Notes: generated by a model not told the origin, from the letters alone. Positions 20,667 to 31,820 are shown, counted from the first letter of the stretch. The stretch is 64,000 bases of DNA from Aureliella sp. (GCA_963691875.1 OY829846.1:1472001-1536000); one strand, 5' to 3'. Made by a program: numbers and translations.

Positions 20667-21030
20667 TTTGAAATCCTTGCAGGCGAAAGCTCAGTTCCTC
20701 TTGCTTCTTAGCAGTTTAAGTGAGCTAGGAAATCTACGGGAGCGCAATGAAGCAATACCTATTGGGCTTACGCAGCAAAGGTGGGGTTGGGGGGCTTGGT
20801 TGGATTGAAGCAGTCGGTCCATTGGAAGAATACGAGCCAAGTCACTGAAAAGTTGTCATGTGACTTGAAACTCAAAGATATCATCGCCCCCGCAACCATA
20901 GGCACCGAGTCAGCACAAAGCCTTAGCTAAGGCGAACGGCAGAAAAACTTCCACCACTCGAAAGTGTATCCATTAAGGGAATACTGCTGGAAAACGAACT
21001 TGGATTGGTAGATCCGGACTCGGCTTGCGT

Positions 21031-21993
21031 CTATCTCAACTCGATTCCGGCTGATTCTAAGCAAGCCGGCGTTAGCCTTCCGTGCTGCAGCGCTAACCAA
21101 AGCAGAAGTCCCTTTTGGGCGTGCATCCGATTCCCTGCCTGACGGACGATCAGGCTGTTCGGACAGTCGATGACCTCATCCGTGATTTCCTCACCGCGTT
21201 TCGCTGGCAAGCAGTGTAAAACTTGGCAATGATCCGGTGCAAGTTGCATTAGCGCTGCGTTCAACTGGTAATCCGCGAAGTCCTTAAGGCGGCGTTCAGA
21301 TTCGGCTTCTTGCCCCATGCTAGTCCAGACATCGGTGTACACGAAATCCGCCTCAGCCATAGCGGCTTCTCGATCTTCCGTTTGCTGGAGATCACAGTCC
21401 GCATACGACGCCTCAAGCTTCTCGAGCGACCCGTCGACCATGAAATAAGCTTCTGGCCCTAGAAGTCGAAACCGCATACCACTGCGAGCACAGGCGTGCG
21501 CCAGAGAGCGAGAGACATTGTTGCCGTCGCCAACAAAAGTGACTTGCTTACCACGGATGCTCTCATGTTGCTCCATCATCGTCAGCATATCTGCCAGGGC
21601 CTGACAAGGATGCGTGTGGTCGGTAAGTCCATTGATGATCGGCACACAGTTGAAGCTTGCAAGTTCCTCGACTGTCGAATGTAGTTTGGATCTGCAGACC
21701 ACATAGTCAACGTACTCGGACAAAACGCGGATAAAATCTGCAGTGCTCTCGCGACTTTGCCAACCGACTTCTTGCCCAAGGAACAAACTGGCACCTCCGA
21801 GCTGGCTCATTCCGGTTTCGAAACTTACACGAGTACGAAGGCTCGGTTTTTCAAACAGCAAACCAGTCACTTGACGCGGGAGGAAGCTGGGGCGACTTCC
21901 GTCGAGTAGCAATTTCTTCACCTGCACCGCAATCGACAGGACCGACTCGTATTCGTCTTGTTGTAAATCAAATAGTGAAAGTAAGTGCCTCAC
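21031..21993 (-). CDS. argF: Ornithine carbamoyltransferase
   Basis: FEKPSLRTRVSF, HPCQALAD, GDGNNV, YTDVWTSMG, HCLPAKRG, QAGNRMHAQK. Confidence 0.96.
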   Translation of the reverse strand: MRHLLSLFDLQQDEYESVLSIAVQVKKLLLDGSRPSFLPRQVTGLLFEKPSLRTRVSFETGMSQLGGASLFLGQEVGWQSRESTADFIRVLSEYVDYVVCRSKLHSTVEELASFNCVPIINGLTDHTHPCQALADMLTMMEQHESIRGKQVTFVGDGNNVSRSLAHACARSGMRFRLLGPEAYFMVDGSLEKLEASYADCDLQQTEDREAAMAEADFVYTDVWTSMGQEAESERRLKDFADYQLNAALMQLAPDHCQVLHCLPAKRGEEITDEVIDCPNSLIVRQAGNRMHAQKGLLLWLALQHGRLTPACLESAGIELR

Positions 21994-22145
21994 TATTTTC
22001 CCTTTCTATTCAGTCATTTGAGCTTCCGCGCGAAACTCGTCTCACAATTGTGCTTTTGACTCTAGCCTGTGCTGTTTAAAGTGAGCCGCAGCTCCTTGAG
22101 GTGTCGGGCACGTTGTGTGGACATTCGGCAAAAATGCAGTAGTAC

Positions 22146-22179
22146 AAACAGAAAAACCGGCGGCTAGAGCCAAAGCCGC
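22146..22179 (-). terminator. Possible intrinsic terminator after argD
   Basis: GCGGCT/AGCCGC stem followed by CGGTTTTTCTGTTT on the minus strand. Confidence 0.4.
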
Positions 22180-22203
22180 TCACGCATTTGGACCTGAAAG
22201 GCC

Positions 22204-23733
22204 CTAACCTAAAGCTGCTTCGCTGTCGTCTTCTTCCAACTCATCATCTTCAAACTCGTCGTCGCCGTCATCCAGCTCTGCTTCCTCTTCGTACTCTTCC
22301 TCTTCCCCTGGGGCTGCCTCGTCTGATTCGTCTTCCTCCAACACCTCATCGCCCGCGAGCTCTTCTTCTTCGAGATCAGAAGCGTCCGACTCTTCAAAGC
22401 AGTCGGTGTCGGCAGCTTCGTCGTCCTCGGCTGCTTGATCAAGCTGCTCGGCTACTTCACCATGCTCCGCTTTTTGATCTGGCTCATCGTAAGCAGGAGT
22501 CGTCGTTGGAGCAGCACCAGGAATAACCATCGTAGTGCAGAAATCTCTCACGGCTTTAGCGAAAATCTGCATGCCACATTCAATCTCGGATTCAGAGATA
22601 TTCATCGCAGGTAGCAAACGCAGCACATTGCCTTGCGTGCAGTTGACCAGCAGCCCCTGTTCCAAGCACTTCTCCACCACTTCGCTTGCGTCGTGTTCCA
22701 GCTCGATCCCGATCATCACGCCAACTTGTCGCACTTCTCGAATCTGTTCGCATTCGTCCTGCAACTGAGAAAGCCAATTGGCAAACAGCTCGGCATTTTG
22801 CTTCGTACGCTCTAGCAATCCCTCTTCCTCGATCGTTTCCAGCATGGCGATCCCGGCAGCAGCCGCGATTGGATTGCCGCCAAAAGTACTCGCGTGCATA
22901 CCGGGCACAAGGCTCTGAGCCACCTCCGTCTTAGCCAACAACGCGCCGCCAGCCAGTCCGCCGCAAAGTGATTTTGCAAGGGTGAGCATGTCAGGCTCGA
23001 CGCTAAAATGCTGGTACCCAAACCAGTCGCCCGTGCGACCGCAGCCAGTTTGAACTTCGTCAAAGATCAACAACAAGTTGTGCTCATCGGCTAAGCTTCT
23101 TAGGCCATTCAAAAACTTTGCGCCGCCAATCTGCACCCCGCCCTCACCTTGGATGGGCTCGACCAAGATTGCACCGGTGGCGCCGTCGATCTTTCGCTCT
23201 GCAGCAGCAAGATCACCAAACGGAGCGTAGCTAAAACCGGCCAGCATCGGCCCCAGCCCGGCGTGATATTTTGGCTGAGCCGTGGCAGCGAGCGCACCGA
23301 ACGTACGCCCGTGAAAGCCGCCTTGGAAGGTCAAGATCTTGAAACGCTCACCACCCTGATGCAGTCTTGCCAGCTTGATTGCCGCTTCGTTCGCTTCAGC
23401 TCCACTATTACAGAAAAAGGCTTGGCCGCCAAAACTTCGCTCGTTGAGCATCTGAGCCCAAACCCCCTGTTGCGTCATGTGCCAGGTGTTAGGAACGTGG
23501 ATTAACTTCTCAACTTGACGCTGGACGGCTGAAACAATTTTCTCAGGGCAGTGCCCCAATAGGTTGCATCCCCAGCCTGGAAAGAAATCAAGGTACTCAC
23601 GTCCTTCGCTGTCCCAAACCCTGGAACCGGAACCTCGCACCAAGTTTACGGGGTAGCGGCGGTAGTTCCCGATGACATGCTTCTCAAAAATCGAGACGGA
23701 TTCTTCCGATGAAAGCTTCTCAATCGCTGTCAT
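22204..23733 (-). CDS. argD: Acetylornithine aminotransferase (class III PLP) with a long acidic C-terminal extension
   Basis: NSGAEANEAAIK, FHGRT, EPIQGEGG, FDEVQTG, TLAKSL (PLP Lys), HASTFGGNP; located between argB and argF. Confidence 0.93.
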   Translation of the reverse strand: MTAIEKLSSEESVSIFEKHVIGNYRRYPVNLVRGSGSRVWDSEGREYLDFFPGWGCNLLGHCPEKIVSAVQRQVEKLIHVPNTWHMTQQGVWAQMLNERSFGGQAFFCNSGAEANEAAIKLARLHQGGERFKILTFQGGFHGRTFGALAATAQPKYHAGLGPMLAGFSYAPFGDLAAAERKIDGATGAILVEPIQGEGGVQIGGAKFLNGLRSLADEHNLLLIFDEVQTGCGRTGDWFGYQHFSVEPDMLTLAKSLCGGLAGGALLAKTEVAQSLVPGMHASTFGGNPIAAAAGIAMLETIEEEGLLERTKQNAELFANWLSQLQDECEQIREVRQVGVMIGIELEHDASEVVEKCLEQGLLVNCTQGNVLRLLPAMNISESEIECGMQIFAKAVRDFCTTMVIPGAAPTTTPAYDEPDQKAEHGEVAEQLDQAAEDDEAADTDCFEESDASDLEEEELAGDEVLEEDESDEAAPGEEEEYEEEAELDDGDDEFEDDELEEDDSEAALG

Positions 23734-23785
23734 TTCAACTTCTCATGCTTGATAAACAACAAGGTGCCGTGATGCTGATCGGCTC

Positions 23786-24676
23786 TTAGTTTTTCGGCAG
23801 CGGTACAATTTCCGTTCCGACACCACTGGTGGTGTAGATCTCGAGTAGCAATGAGTGCCGAAGCTTGCCGTCAATGATATGCACCTTACTAACTCCGCGT
23901 CCCAGGGTTGCGAGACACGCTTCGATTTTTGGAATCATCCCTGCATCAATGACACCCGAATCGATCAGTTCCCGAGCCTGCACTTCATTGAGTGAATGAA
24001 TGATCGTCGACGCGTCGTCCTTGTCTTGCCGCACGCCGTTCACGTCGCTCAGAAAAACCAGCTTTTCTGCGTTTAGCGATTCCGCAACGGCCATGGCTGC
24101 AGTGTCCGCATTGACATTGTACTTCTGGTCAGTTTTATCAATACACATCGAAGGAATCACAGGGACCTGATTTGCGTCCAGGATTCTTTCGATAGCGCCA
24201 CGATCGACTTGATTCACTTCACCAACAAAGCCCAAGTCCATCTCAGCCCCATCGGGCCCGTTGAGCGATAGCTTCTGTCCTGTTAAGACATTCGTGCCAC
24301 CGGCAAAGTTCAGGTTAACGGCTCGGCCGCCCAGTCTTTCTATTTCGTCGGTAAGGAATTGCGTGATTTCCCCCGCCAATACCCGCTCAACGATTTCCAA
24401 AGTGGGCGCGTCGGTGATTCGACGACCATGAACCCACTGAGCTTCGATCTGCGCTTCTTCCATCGCCTTGTTGATCCGAGCACCACCACCGTGCACAATC
24501 ACAGGCTTCATTCCTACGGTTTCCATGAAGATCACATCTAACAACAGGTGCCGGAGAGCCGCCATGTCCTCCAGCAAGCTTCCGCCAAGTTTAATGACCG
24601 TCGTCTTGCCTCGAAAATTACGAATCCAGCCCATCGCTTCGATCAGCGTATCAGCTTTGGATATCGCATCTTGCAC
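23786..24676 (-). CDS. argB: Acetylglutamate kinase
   Basis: VIKLGGS, VHGGG, GRRITD, YNVNAD, GMIPK, VHIIDG; GAGGA RBS before GTG 24676. Confidence 0.96.
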   Translation of the reverse strand: MQDAISKADTLIEAMGWIRNFRGKTTVIKLGGSLLEDMAALRHLLLDVIFMETVGMKPVIVHGGGARINKAMEEAQIEAQWVHGRRITDAPTLEIVERVLAGEITQFLTDEIERLGGRAVNLNFAGGTNVLTGQKLSLNGPDGAEMDLGFVGEVNQVDRGAIERILDANQVPVIPSMCIDKTDQKYNVNADTAAMAVAESLNAEKLVFLSDVNGVRQDKDDASTIIHSLNEVQARELIDSGVIDAGMIPKIEACLATLGRGVSKVHIIDGKLRHSLLLEIYTTSGVGTEIVPLPKN

Positions 24677-25012
24677 GTGAAGTCCTCGCGTCAAATGGGA
24701 TTGGGAAAAGCGGGTCATCCTAAACCAAAGCCGCAAATCGAGTCAATTGCCTGCGTTCTGGATAGGCGTGAAGATCGCGGGAACCTCATCTCGCCGCAAC
24801 TGCAGCTTTGAGATATCCGTCGCAGAATAAGAAATTCCGATATTAGACCCGTTCGACATTGCGAATATGTATCACGTGGATACGTGATGATGCATAAAGC
24901 GAGAGGCTAAGGGTTCCGATATTTTAGTTTCCCGTTCACCATTCAATTTCGTTCCCCGAATTCAATGCGGTTGCGCGCCGAGTTCTGACTCTAGGAGTCG
25001 TGAGAAACCATC

Positions 25013-25048
25013 AAGAAAGAGGCGAAGCAAGGTTCCCCCTGCTTCGCC
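25013..25048 (-). terminator. Intrinsic terminator downstream of the EF-G fragment
   Basis: GGCGAAGCAGGG-GGAA-CCTTGCTTCGCC (12-bp stem, GNRA loop) followed by TCTTTCTT. Confidence 0.7.
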
Positions 25049-25077
25049 ACAGTCGATCAATCAAACTGCTTCTCGGC

Positions 25078-25440
25078 CTATACCAATGCAGTAGCTTCCA
25101 CTAACGCCGACGCTTCCATGTAGCCAGAAAACGTCATGCTTAAGGTGTCATGACCTTTGGGCATCGTTTGCACGTCATCGGAGTAGTTGAAGAGCTCCGC
25201 CAGAGGTACCTCGGCACGAATCGTACACTCAACGCCTTTTACTTCGCTATCCTCGACCGTGCCGCGGAGCTTGCTCAAATGAGCGGAAACGGTGCCCTGG
25301 AATGCTTCCGGAATTTGTACTTTCAGTTGCATCCAAGGTTCCAGCGTCGCCAAATTAGCTTGCGGCAGAATGCACTCACACATCGCTTCCTTGGCACACT
25401 CATGAAAAGCCATGTCGGACTTTCTTTTGATATCGGCCAT
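25078..25440 (-). pseudogene. Elongation factor G C-terminal fragment (end of domain IV plus domain V)
   Basis: SDMAF...LEPWMQLKVQIPEAFQG.V..HL...RG...I.AEVPLAELFNY matches the EF-G C-terminus; no recognisable GTPase domain or domains II-III upstream. Confidence 0.8.
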
Positions 25441-26065
25441 CGGTCTGAACGACACGAATGCGAACAAACTGAAACTTTCCGTCAGGTCCATTTTACAATC
25501 GCTCCGAGAAACCCTTCTCGATGCTGCGGAAATACTCGCTAGGAACACAACCATCTGTCAAGGACACAAAGGTATTAAAAAGACTTAGAGTTTATAAAGT
25601 TGTCAGCGCGCGGCAATTCACGGGGTACGGAAGCAGAGCTGCGCGAGATCTAGCCTCCGGCTATTACGAGAGCCCACTGCGTACCGAGATGGAGAACACA
25701 CTTCAGAGGACCAGATGGAGGTTGAAAGCTACTGACTCGTGGGAACGGAACTTGATTCCACGCAGAACGGCATACGAGGTTCAAACATACTGTCCCGAGA
25801 CGTGGATGGAAATTCTTCGAGACACGCTGCAATGCAATTCGGATTGAACACAGCACTATATAGTTGAGCGTTTTCCCTTCGCAAAACCTAGGATTTCAAA
25901 GATGGACCAAGTCGCTTGAATGGTCGCTGTTCCTGTTGAAAAGACTGCAAACTCGGCGGTTAAATACAGTTCCACTGAACAATTTCTCTATGATATTCTC
26001 AGCCATTAAGACAGCGCTGAGCAAAAATGGGTTCGCGTCCTCAAAAGTTTTTCAGGACGTTCCCG

Positions 26066-26755
26066 TCATGCGTGCGAGAAGCGATTCTCCATAGTTGCGT
26101 CCCGTTTACTCGCTCTCCAGACCTCAAAGCTCAGCAAGGGCAAGATCCAGCTCGTCCAGGCGTTGATCTGGTAGAACGTCGGAGAGTCCAATTGCGAGAC
26201 AATCGCGACTCCAGAACAAACGCGCAGGAAAAGCGGCGAGAGCAAAAGCACAAAGAGCCGTGTTGCCCAAAGACGATGCTGCTTCACTTTTTTCTGGCGG
26301 ACGCGAAAAAGAGCCATCGCTGCAGTGAGCCCAGTAGCTACAGAGAGAGCAAAAAAGCCGATCTGGGAGACGGGACCGGCGGTCGCTCTTAACGACAACA
26401 CGAGACCACTAGGCACAAGTAGCAGGAAGATCAGTAACATCTGTAAACGCCCGAGGAATCGGTGCAAAGACAAGTTCCGGCGGCTACGTTTCCACTGCAA
26501 GAAAACGGCAAGAAGCAGGACAATGGGACTTGCGAGGACATGAATATAGAACCCCAGTTTCCAGATCCCAGCAAAGTCCGTCGTGTGACCTGCCAAGAAA
26601 AACGACTCGGTGAAGTTTGGCGGGAAATACCAACGATACTCGAACACAATCCTAAATAGAATGCGCATCCCCAGTAGCATTCCGCAGCCGATAAGGATTT
26701 GCGAAAAGCGACGCGATGCAAAAAGACGTGATGGTGATCGTTTGACAACAGACAT
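26066..26755 (-). CDS. DUF2306-like membrane protein
   Basis: FYIHV, LHRFLGR, HRLWATR His motifs with ~6 TM segments. Confidence 0.8.
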   Translation of the reverse strand: MSVVKRSPSRLFASRRFSQILIGCGMLLGMRILFRIVFEYRWYFPPNFTESFFLAGHTTDFAGIWKLGFYIHVLASPIVLLLAVFLQWKRSRRNLSLHRFLGRLQMLLIFLLLVPSGLVLSLRATAGPVSQIGFFALSVATGLTAAMALFRVRQKKVKQHRLWATRLFVLLLSPLFLRVCSGVAIVSQLDSPTFYQINAWTSWILPLLSFEVWRASKRDATMENRFSHA

Positions 26756-26777
26756 TGGATGAACACGCTCGAGGCCA

Positions 26778-28157
26778 TCATTCGGAGGCTACTATCACGC
26801 CTAGAATATCATCCTCTCGCACCCGCCCCAAACCATTTCGACTGTCATGCGACACAACCATGTTATCTCCAATCAAGAAATAGCCCTTGGTTTCATAACT
26901 TGCCTTCGCCATCGCGGCTTGGCCGCCTGACAGCCGTGGTGCATCAGAGCGCAAGAAAAGATCCCGTGATAGCTCGAGCTTCTCAATCGCGATGTTGCCC
27001 TTACATTGAATCGAAAACCAGCTACCGGGGTTTTCACGATTCACTGTTTCTGTTGATGCGGAGTCACTGTAAGTCCAGCTGTGATTCCGTAACGCCGAGG
27101 CTAAGACTCTTCCGTCACAGAATGCGACCGTCGCTTCGTCGGCAACTTGTAGGGTGAATTGGTTAGGAGCAGCCGCAAGCGTTGGGGATGAGCTCGCCGA
27201 AGGCGCGAGGATGAAGGTGAGTAACTGTTCTCCAATCTGACAGTCGAGTTCAACCGGCACTGTAATCTGTTCTTCCAGCTTGATGTTCAAGCAGAAGTCC
27301 CCAACGAATCGCAGGTCGGTCGAAGTCGCAGCGTTCTGTGCCAAACCGTCGTGGATTCTAGCTGCTCGTAGCCAGTCTTTCGGTGCTTTTTCATGAGCAT
27401 GAACTGGGGCGGGCTCAGCGTATTCCCAGAGAAGCTCTTGTTCCGCCAAGAGATGTAGTCTCTCCTGACTAAACGCCGATGGTTGGAGCGGCCCCTCCGC
27501 AATTTTCCAATTCCCGACCGGATGTCGAAGAGATGTGATCGGGACAGCAACGCGTCTGAATTCCTGAATTGATTTCAAAAACATTTCTCCATTTAGGAAT
27601 AACTCTCCTTCTTTGAATTCAACACTTTCACCCGGCAAAGCCAGGACGCGTTTGAGCAAAGGATGCGCGCGGTCATCAGTTCGAATCAGCACACACTCCC
27701 ATCGCTGTGGAGACGCAACAAGCTTGGGCTCGACGATGGCGCCAGGAACATACCCGTACTGCGATGGACCAACTTTGCAAATCTCGCACTCATATTTTAA
27801 AGCCTTGCTTTTCGTTGGCGCAGTGATCTCCAACCTGCGTCCATGATCACAACGCAAAGCGATGGCGTTTCCGCAGAATGGACATCGGTGCCCTCGGGAT
27901 AGCGCGGGCTCGCGATAGTCTTCCAACGAAATTGCTGAGGCTTGACCGCATTGTCCGCAAACTACCGACAGACGTGGTCCTGAAAGTCGAGGAGCCATAG
28001 ACGATGAGCCAATTTGGAATTTTCCTTCCTGGCTGAGAGTAGATTCGTTGCTTTGCGGATCGAGTTCGAAGTACCGGCCGCATCCAACCGCCAAAGCACA
28101 GCAGAGCAATACTGCTGCTAAGCTTCTTGTTGCACCTGTTTTTTGTTCCTCATCCAT
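26778..28157 (-). CDS. S26-family signal peptidase I with Zn-ribbon insert
   Basis: Catalytic Ser region SSSMAP, Lys in LLKRVLALPGE, box E GYFLIGDN..SHDSR; CGQC, CPFC and CEIC insert. Confidence 0.85.
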   Translation of the reverse strand: MDEEQKTGATRSLAAVLLCCALAVGCGRYFELDPQSNESTLSQEGKFQIGSSSMAPRLSGPRLSVVCGQCGQASAISLEDYREPALSRGHRCPFCGNAIALRCDHGRRLEITAPTKSKALKYECEICKVGPSQYGYVPGAIVEPKLVASPQRWECVLIRTDDRAHPLLKRVLALPGESVEFKEGELFLNGEMFLKSIQEFRRVAVPITSLRHPVGNWKIAEGPLQPSAFSQERLHLLAEQELLWEYAEPAPVHAHEKAPKDWLRAARIHDGLAQNAATSTDLRFVGDFCLNIKLEEQITVPVELDCQIGEQLLTFILAPSASSSPTLAAAPNQFTLQVADEATVAFCDGRVLASALRNHSWTYSDSASTETVNRENPGSWFSIQCKGNIAIEKLELSRDLFLRSDAPRLSGGQAAMAKASYETKGYFLIGDNMVVSHDSRNGLGRVREDDILGVIVASE

Positions 28158-28309
28158 GCAGGTATTGTAGCTTCCCTAACGCATTCGCTCCGAGCCCAGT
28201 TTGATGTAGTCTATAAAGCTGTTTTCGTTTTGAATGGTTGCCAGCCGATCTTGATTCCAGAAGGACTCCAGCTGGGGCACCTCCACCTTGGGACACAATC
28301 ATGCAACCA

Positions 28310-28796
28310 AATTACCGATTCACTGAGGGTCGAGATCTGTTTCGCGAATCGACAATCTACACGGATTCGCATACTTTACTTTGCGATCGAACAATCAAAG
28401 ATGGTAGTTTCCCTCGCATCACAGGATCCGCAAGTTGGGATGCTCAATCGAAGTTCTGTATCCAAGTATTGGTAATTTCTGCTTAGCCCTCGAAGTTGAA
28501 CCACAAAGGCGAGAGGCCAGAAAATAAATGAGGCAGCCAACGAAATCATAAAGATCATGATGCTATCCGCGTGCTCCTGTTCCTCAACCGACTTGCTTCT
28601 ATTCAGAAATCTCCGCCATCTTCGTTGTATTGACACCACCATGACGGCAAATGTTCGGGAATTTGGTGCGTGTCAAAACGCGGGCTGATACGCCCGAGTC
28701 CTCGGGTGGAGCCGCCATGTCTGTCCTGCAACTCGGGCAGATTTAGTCTTTCGATGAAATCACTCGCATGAATCAGTGTGGACACTCTGGGAGCAT
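28310..28796 (-). pseudogene. Decayed Zn-ribbon / membrane protein gene
   Basis: Reading from ATG 28796 gives MLPECPH*FMRVISSKD*ICPSCRTDM...FPNICRHGG; after a frameshift come a TM segment and IPTCGSC; several in-frame stops. Confidence 0.6.
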
Positions 28797-29205
28797 AATG
28801 ATCGTCTCGTCGCAATAGAATACTCTGTTGTCCGTGCACATGGACTTCGCGGGACAATGACGAATCTCGAAGCCGTTGACAGACGGCACTCGTTAAGACG
28901 ACACTAGCTTTGCCGCAATAACCTAGTCTTGCACCCGGGCACTCGACTTTGGCACGTCCTGCGTAGATGAGCCAATGAAAACAGTGCTCAAGACCTGAGA
29001 ATCGAAGCAGGATCCTCTCTAGCGGAAGATAACGCCCCCTTGCGAGCTCAAACGGCTATCTATGGTTGACATCGGCCGCCATAGCCAGCATCTTTGTGGC
29101 TAAATACCTGCAAACAGGCTGCTGCGGATACTAAAACAGAACCGATCAAGGCGTCAAACGGTCTCAAGATTGCGGGACTGTTTAGCTTCCTAAAAAGGGA
29201 AATAG

Positions 29206-30627
29206 ATGAAAAACGGGGCCCCCCCGCGCACGATGTTCCAGAAAATCTGGGATGCACATGTCGTTCATGCTGAGCCAACGAAGCAAACGATCCTCTACAT
29301 CGATCTCCAACTCGTGCACGAAGTCACCAGCCCGCAGGCTTTCGAAGGGCTGAGGATTGCAGGTCGCAAAGTAAGACGCCCCGAACGTACCGTTGCGACT
29401 CCTGATCACAATGTACCGACTACGAATCGAAGCTTGCCGATTGCAGATCCAATCTCGAAACAACAGGTCGACACACTCCGGGCGAATTGCGAAGAGTTTG
29501 GAATCCAACTCTACGATTTGGACGATGATCGCCAAGGAGTCGTCCACATCATCGGCCCCGAGCTGGGCTACACGCAACCTGGCATGACCATCGTTTGCGG
29601 AGACAGCCATACCGCAACGCACGGTGCCTTCGGAGCTTTGGCTTTTGGTATCGGTACCAGCGAAGTCGAGCATGTTTTGGCTACGCAAACTTTGCTGCAG
29701 TATCAACCGAAGACATACGAGCTGAGCGTCAATGGCGAGTTAGGCGAAGGCGTCACTGCTAAGGACTTGATTCTGTACCTGATTGGCCAAATCACCATGC
29801 ACGGTGGAACTGGCTACGTGATGGAGTACACGGGCTCAGCGATTCGCAATCTGTCCATGGAAGAGCGAATGACCGTCTGCAACATGTCCATCGAGGCGGG
29901 GGCTCGGGCGGGCATGATCGCCCCAGATCAGACAACCTTCGATTACTTGCGCGGTCGCTCTTTTGCTCCGAAGGACTTTGATGCAGCAGTCAAACGCTGG
30001 CAGGAACTACCATCGGACTCCGGTGCACACTACGACAAGGTCAGCAAGTTTGAAGGTAGTGAGATTGCACCTCAAGTCACTTGGGGAACCAACCCTGGCC
30101 AAGTCTGCTCGATCAGCGACGTTGTCCCAGACCCAAGTGACGTCAACGACGAAACGGAACAAAAGACAACAGCTGACTCATTGGCCTACATGGGGCTAAC
30201 TGCCGGCACTAAGATCGAAGATATCGGGATTGATCGCGTGTTCATCGGATCTTGCACGAACGCACGCATCGAAGATCTGAGGGCTGCAGCCAAGGTGGTT
30301 CGAGGTCACAAGGTAAGCTCGGCGGTGAAGAATGCGATGGTTGTTCCTGGTAGCGGCTTGGTGAAGAAACAAGCCGAAGAAGAAGGCCTGGATCGCGCCT
30401 TTGCTGAAGCTGGATTCGAATGGCGAGAAGCTGGCTGCAGCATGTGCTTGGCGATGAATCCAGATCGACTGGAGCCTGGCGAACGCTGTGCTTCTACGAG
30501 CAATCGCAACTTTGAAGGGCGACAAGGAAAAGGCGGCCGAACACACTTGGTTTCTCCTGCTATGGCAGCAGCGGCCGCGATCGAAGGACGCTTTACGGAC
30601 ATCCGTGGCTGGAACTACAAGTCTTAG
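29206..30627 (+). CDS. leuC: 3-isopropylmalate dehydratase large subunit
   Basis: [45 protein letters not shown]. Confidence 0.98.
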   Translation: MKNGAPPRTMFQKIWDAHVVHAEPTKQTILYIDLQLVHEVTSPQAFEGLRIAGRKVRRPERTVATPDHNVPTTNRSLPIADPISKQQVDTLRANCEEFGIQLYDLDDDRQGVVHIIGPELGYTQPGMTIVCGDSHTATHGAFGALAFGIGTSEVEHVLATQTLLQYQPKTYELSVNGELGEGVTAKDLILYLIGQITMHGGTGYVMEYTGSAIRNLSMEERMTVCNMSIEAGARAGMIAPDQTTFDYLRGRSFAPKDFDAAVKRWQELPSDSGAHYDKVSKFEGSEIAPQVTWGTNPGQVCSISDVVPDPSDVNDETEQKTTADSLAYMGLTAGTKIEDIGIDRVFIGSCTNARIEDLRAAAKVVRGHKVSSAVKNAMVVPGSGLVKKQAEEEGLDRAFAEAGFEWREAGCSMCLAMNPDRLEPGERCASTSNRNFEGRQGKGGRTHLVSPAMAAAAAIEGRFTDIRGWNYKS

Positions 30628-30675
30628 GTCGCCTCAGCGATTGGAATCAGAATTTTTTCCTCCAAGAATTAGATC

Positions 30676-31272
30676 ATGCAAGCCTTCACCAAACACGCCG
30701 GCACAGTAGCTTTGATGGATCGTGCCAACGTGGACACCGATCAGATCATCCCCAAACAATTCCTTAAAAGAATCGAGCGCACCGGCTTCGGGCAGTACCT
30801 TTTCTTCGACTGGCGTTTCCTCGACGACGGTTCGGACAATCCAGATTTCGAATTGAATGCACCCGCGTTCGCTGGCGCGAGCGTGCTTGTTGCTCGCCGA
30901 AACTTCGGCTGTGGTTCTAGCCGCGAGCACGCCGTTTGGGCACTCGACGATTACGGTATACGGGTAGTCCTAGCACCTTCATTCGCCGACATCTTCTTCA
31001 ATAACTGTTTCAAAAACGGCTTGCTGCCAATCAAACTCAGCGAGTCGGAAATTGACGACATCTTTACTCGAGTGAGTGAGCATGAAGGCTACAAACTGAA
31101 CGTTGATCTGGAAACGTGTCAGATCACCGACGAGCATGGACTTTTGCTTGAGTTCGAGGTACAGGGCTTCCGACGCCAGTGCTTGCTTGACGGATTGGAT
31201 GACATCGCTCTGACGCTTGAACACGAAAGCAAAATCGCTGAGTACGAAGAATCCCGCGGTATTGCAGGCTGA
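30676..31272 (+). CDS. leuD: 3-isopropylmalate dehydratase small subunit
   Basis: [30 protein letters not shown]. Confidence 0.98.
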   Translation: MQAFTKHAGTVALMDRANVDTDQIIPKQFLKRIERTGFGQYLFFDWRFLDDGSDNPDFELNAPAFAGASVLVARRNFGCGSSREHAVWALDDYGIRVVLAPSFADIFFNNCFKNGLLPIKLSESEIDDIFTRVSEHEGYKLNVDLETCQITDEHGLLLEFEVQGFRRQCLLDGLDDIALTLEHESKIAEYEESRGIAG

Positions 31273-31790
31273 GATCCGGCAGCAGAAGTCGTCAAGACTT
31301 TTGGCCTGCTTGCCATCCGAGCAAGCCGCCCCATTCGCCTGAACTGCAAGCATCATCGAGTAACGGCTGCACTGGGATTCGTAAGTCTGCGACAGCCTCC
31401 CGCATGCAGACTCCGCCAGGCGCTCACATTCGATTCCGTCGATCTGAATGGTCTCCGCAAATTTGAAGTCAACACAGAATTCACTCGTCCCAACGGACTC
31501 GTGGATGGGTTTGAGATAATGATCATTACTATTCGATGCAACGCAGCTCTTCCTGTGCACAAAATCTTGAAAGTTGCTCTTTGAACTGCTGAGCCGAGAG
31601 GGATTACCTTGGCGCTTCAGCAAACCGCGACGCAACGTAGACTTCAGCAGGAAAGGCTTTGCTGACAGAGTGCTTGACGAAGCGAGAGGCATTGGTCTGC
31701 AAAGCTTCTGCAAACGCCGATTTGGCGGGGCTCTCTTTTGAGGAAGTCTTGCGGAAACGCAGTCTTCCAATCCGAGTTGCAACCGATCAG

Positions 31791-31820
31791 CTTCGGCTTG
31801 GCTGCGCAGCCGAGCCGAAG
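31791..31820. repeat. Near-perfect 30-nt palindrome (REP-like hairpin)
   Basis: CTTCGGCTTGGCTGCGCAGCCGAGCCGAAG is self-complementary apart from one T/G (G-U) position. Confidence 0.75.

Noticed and set aside
25521..26050. Short ORFs upstream of the EF-G fragment
   Set aside because: No EF-G similarity recognised and no other motif
28770..28780. TGA at a CxxC position as possible selenocysteine
   Set aside because: A TAA follows ten codons later, plus more stops and a frameshift; no basis for recoding
31615..31640. GCAAACC..GACGCAA resemblance to a c-di-GMP-I riboswitch
   Set aside because: The GNRA-capped P2 stem between the two motifs is missing, and there is no downstream gene on that strand
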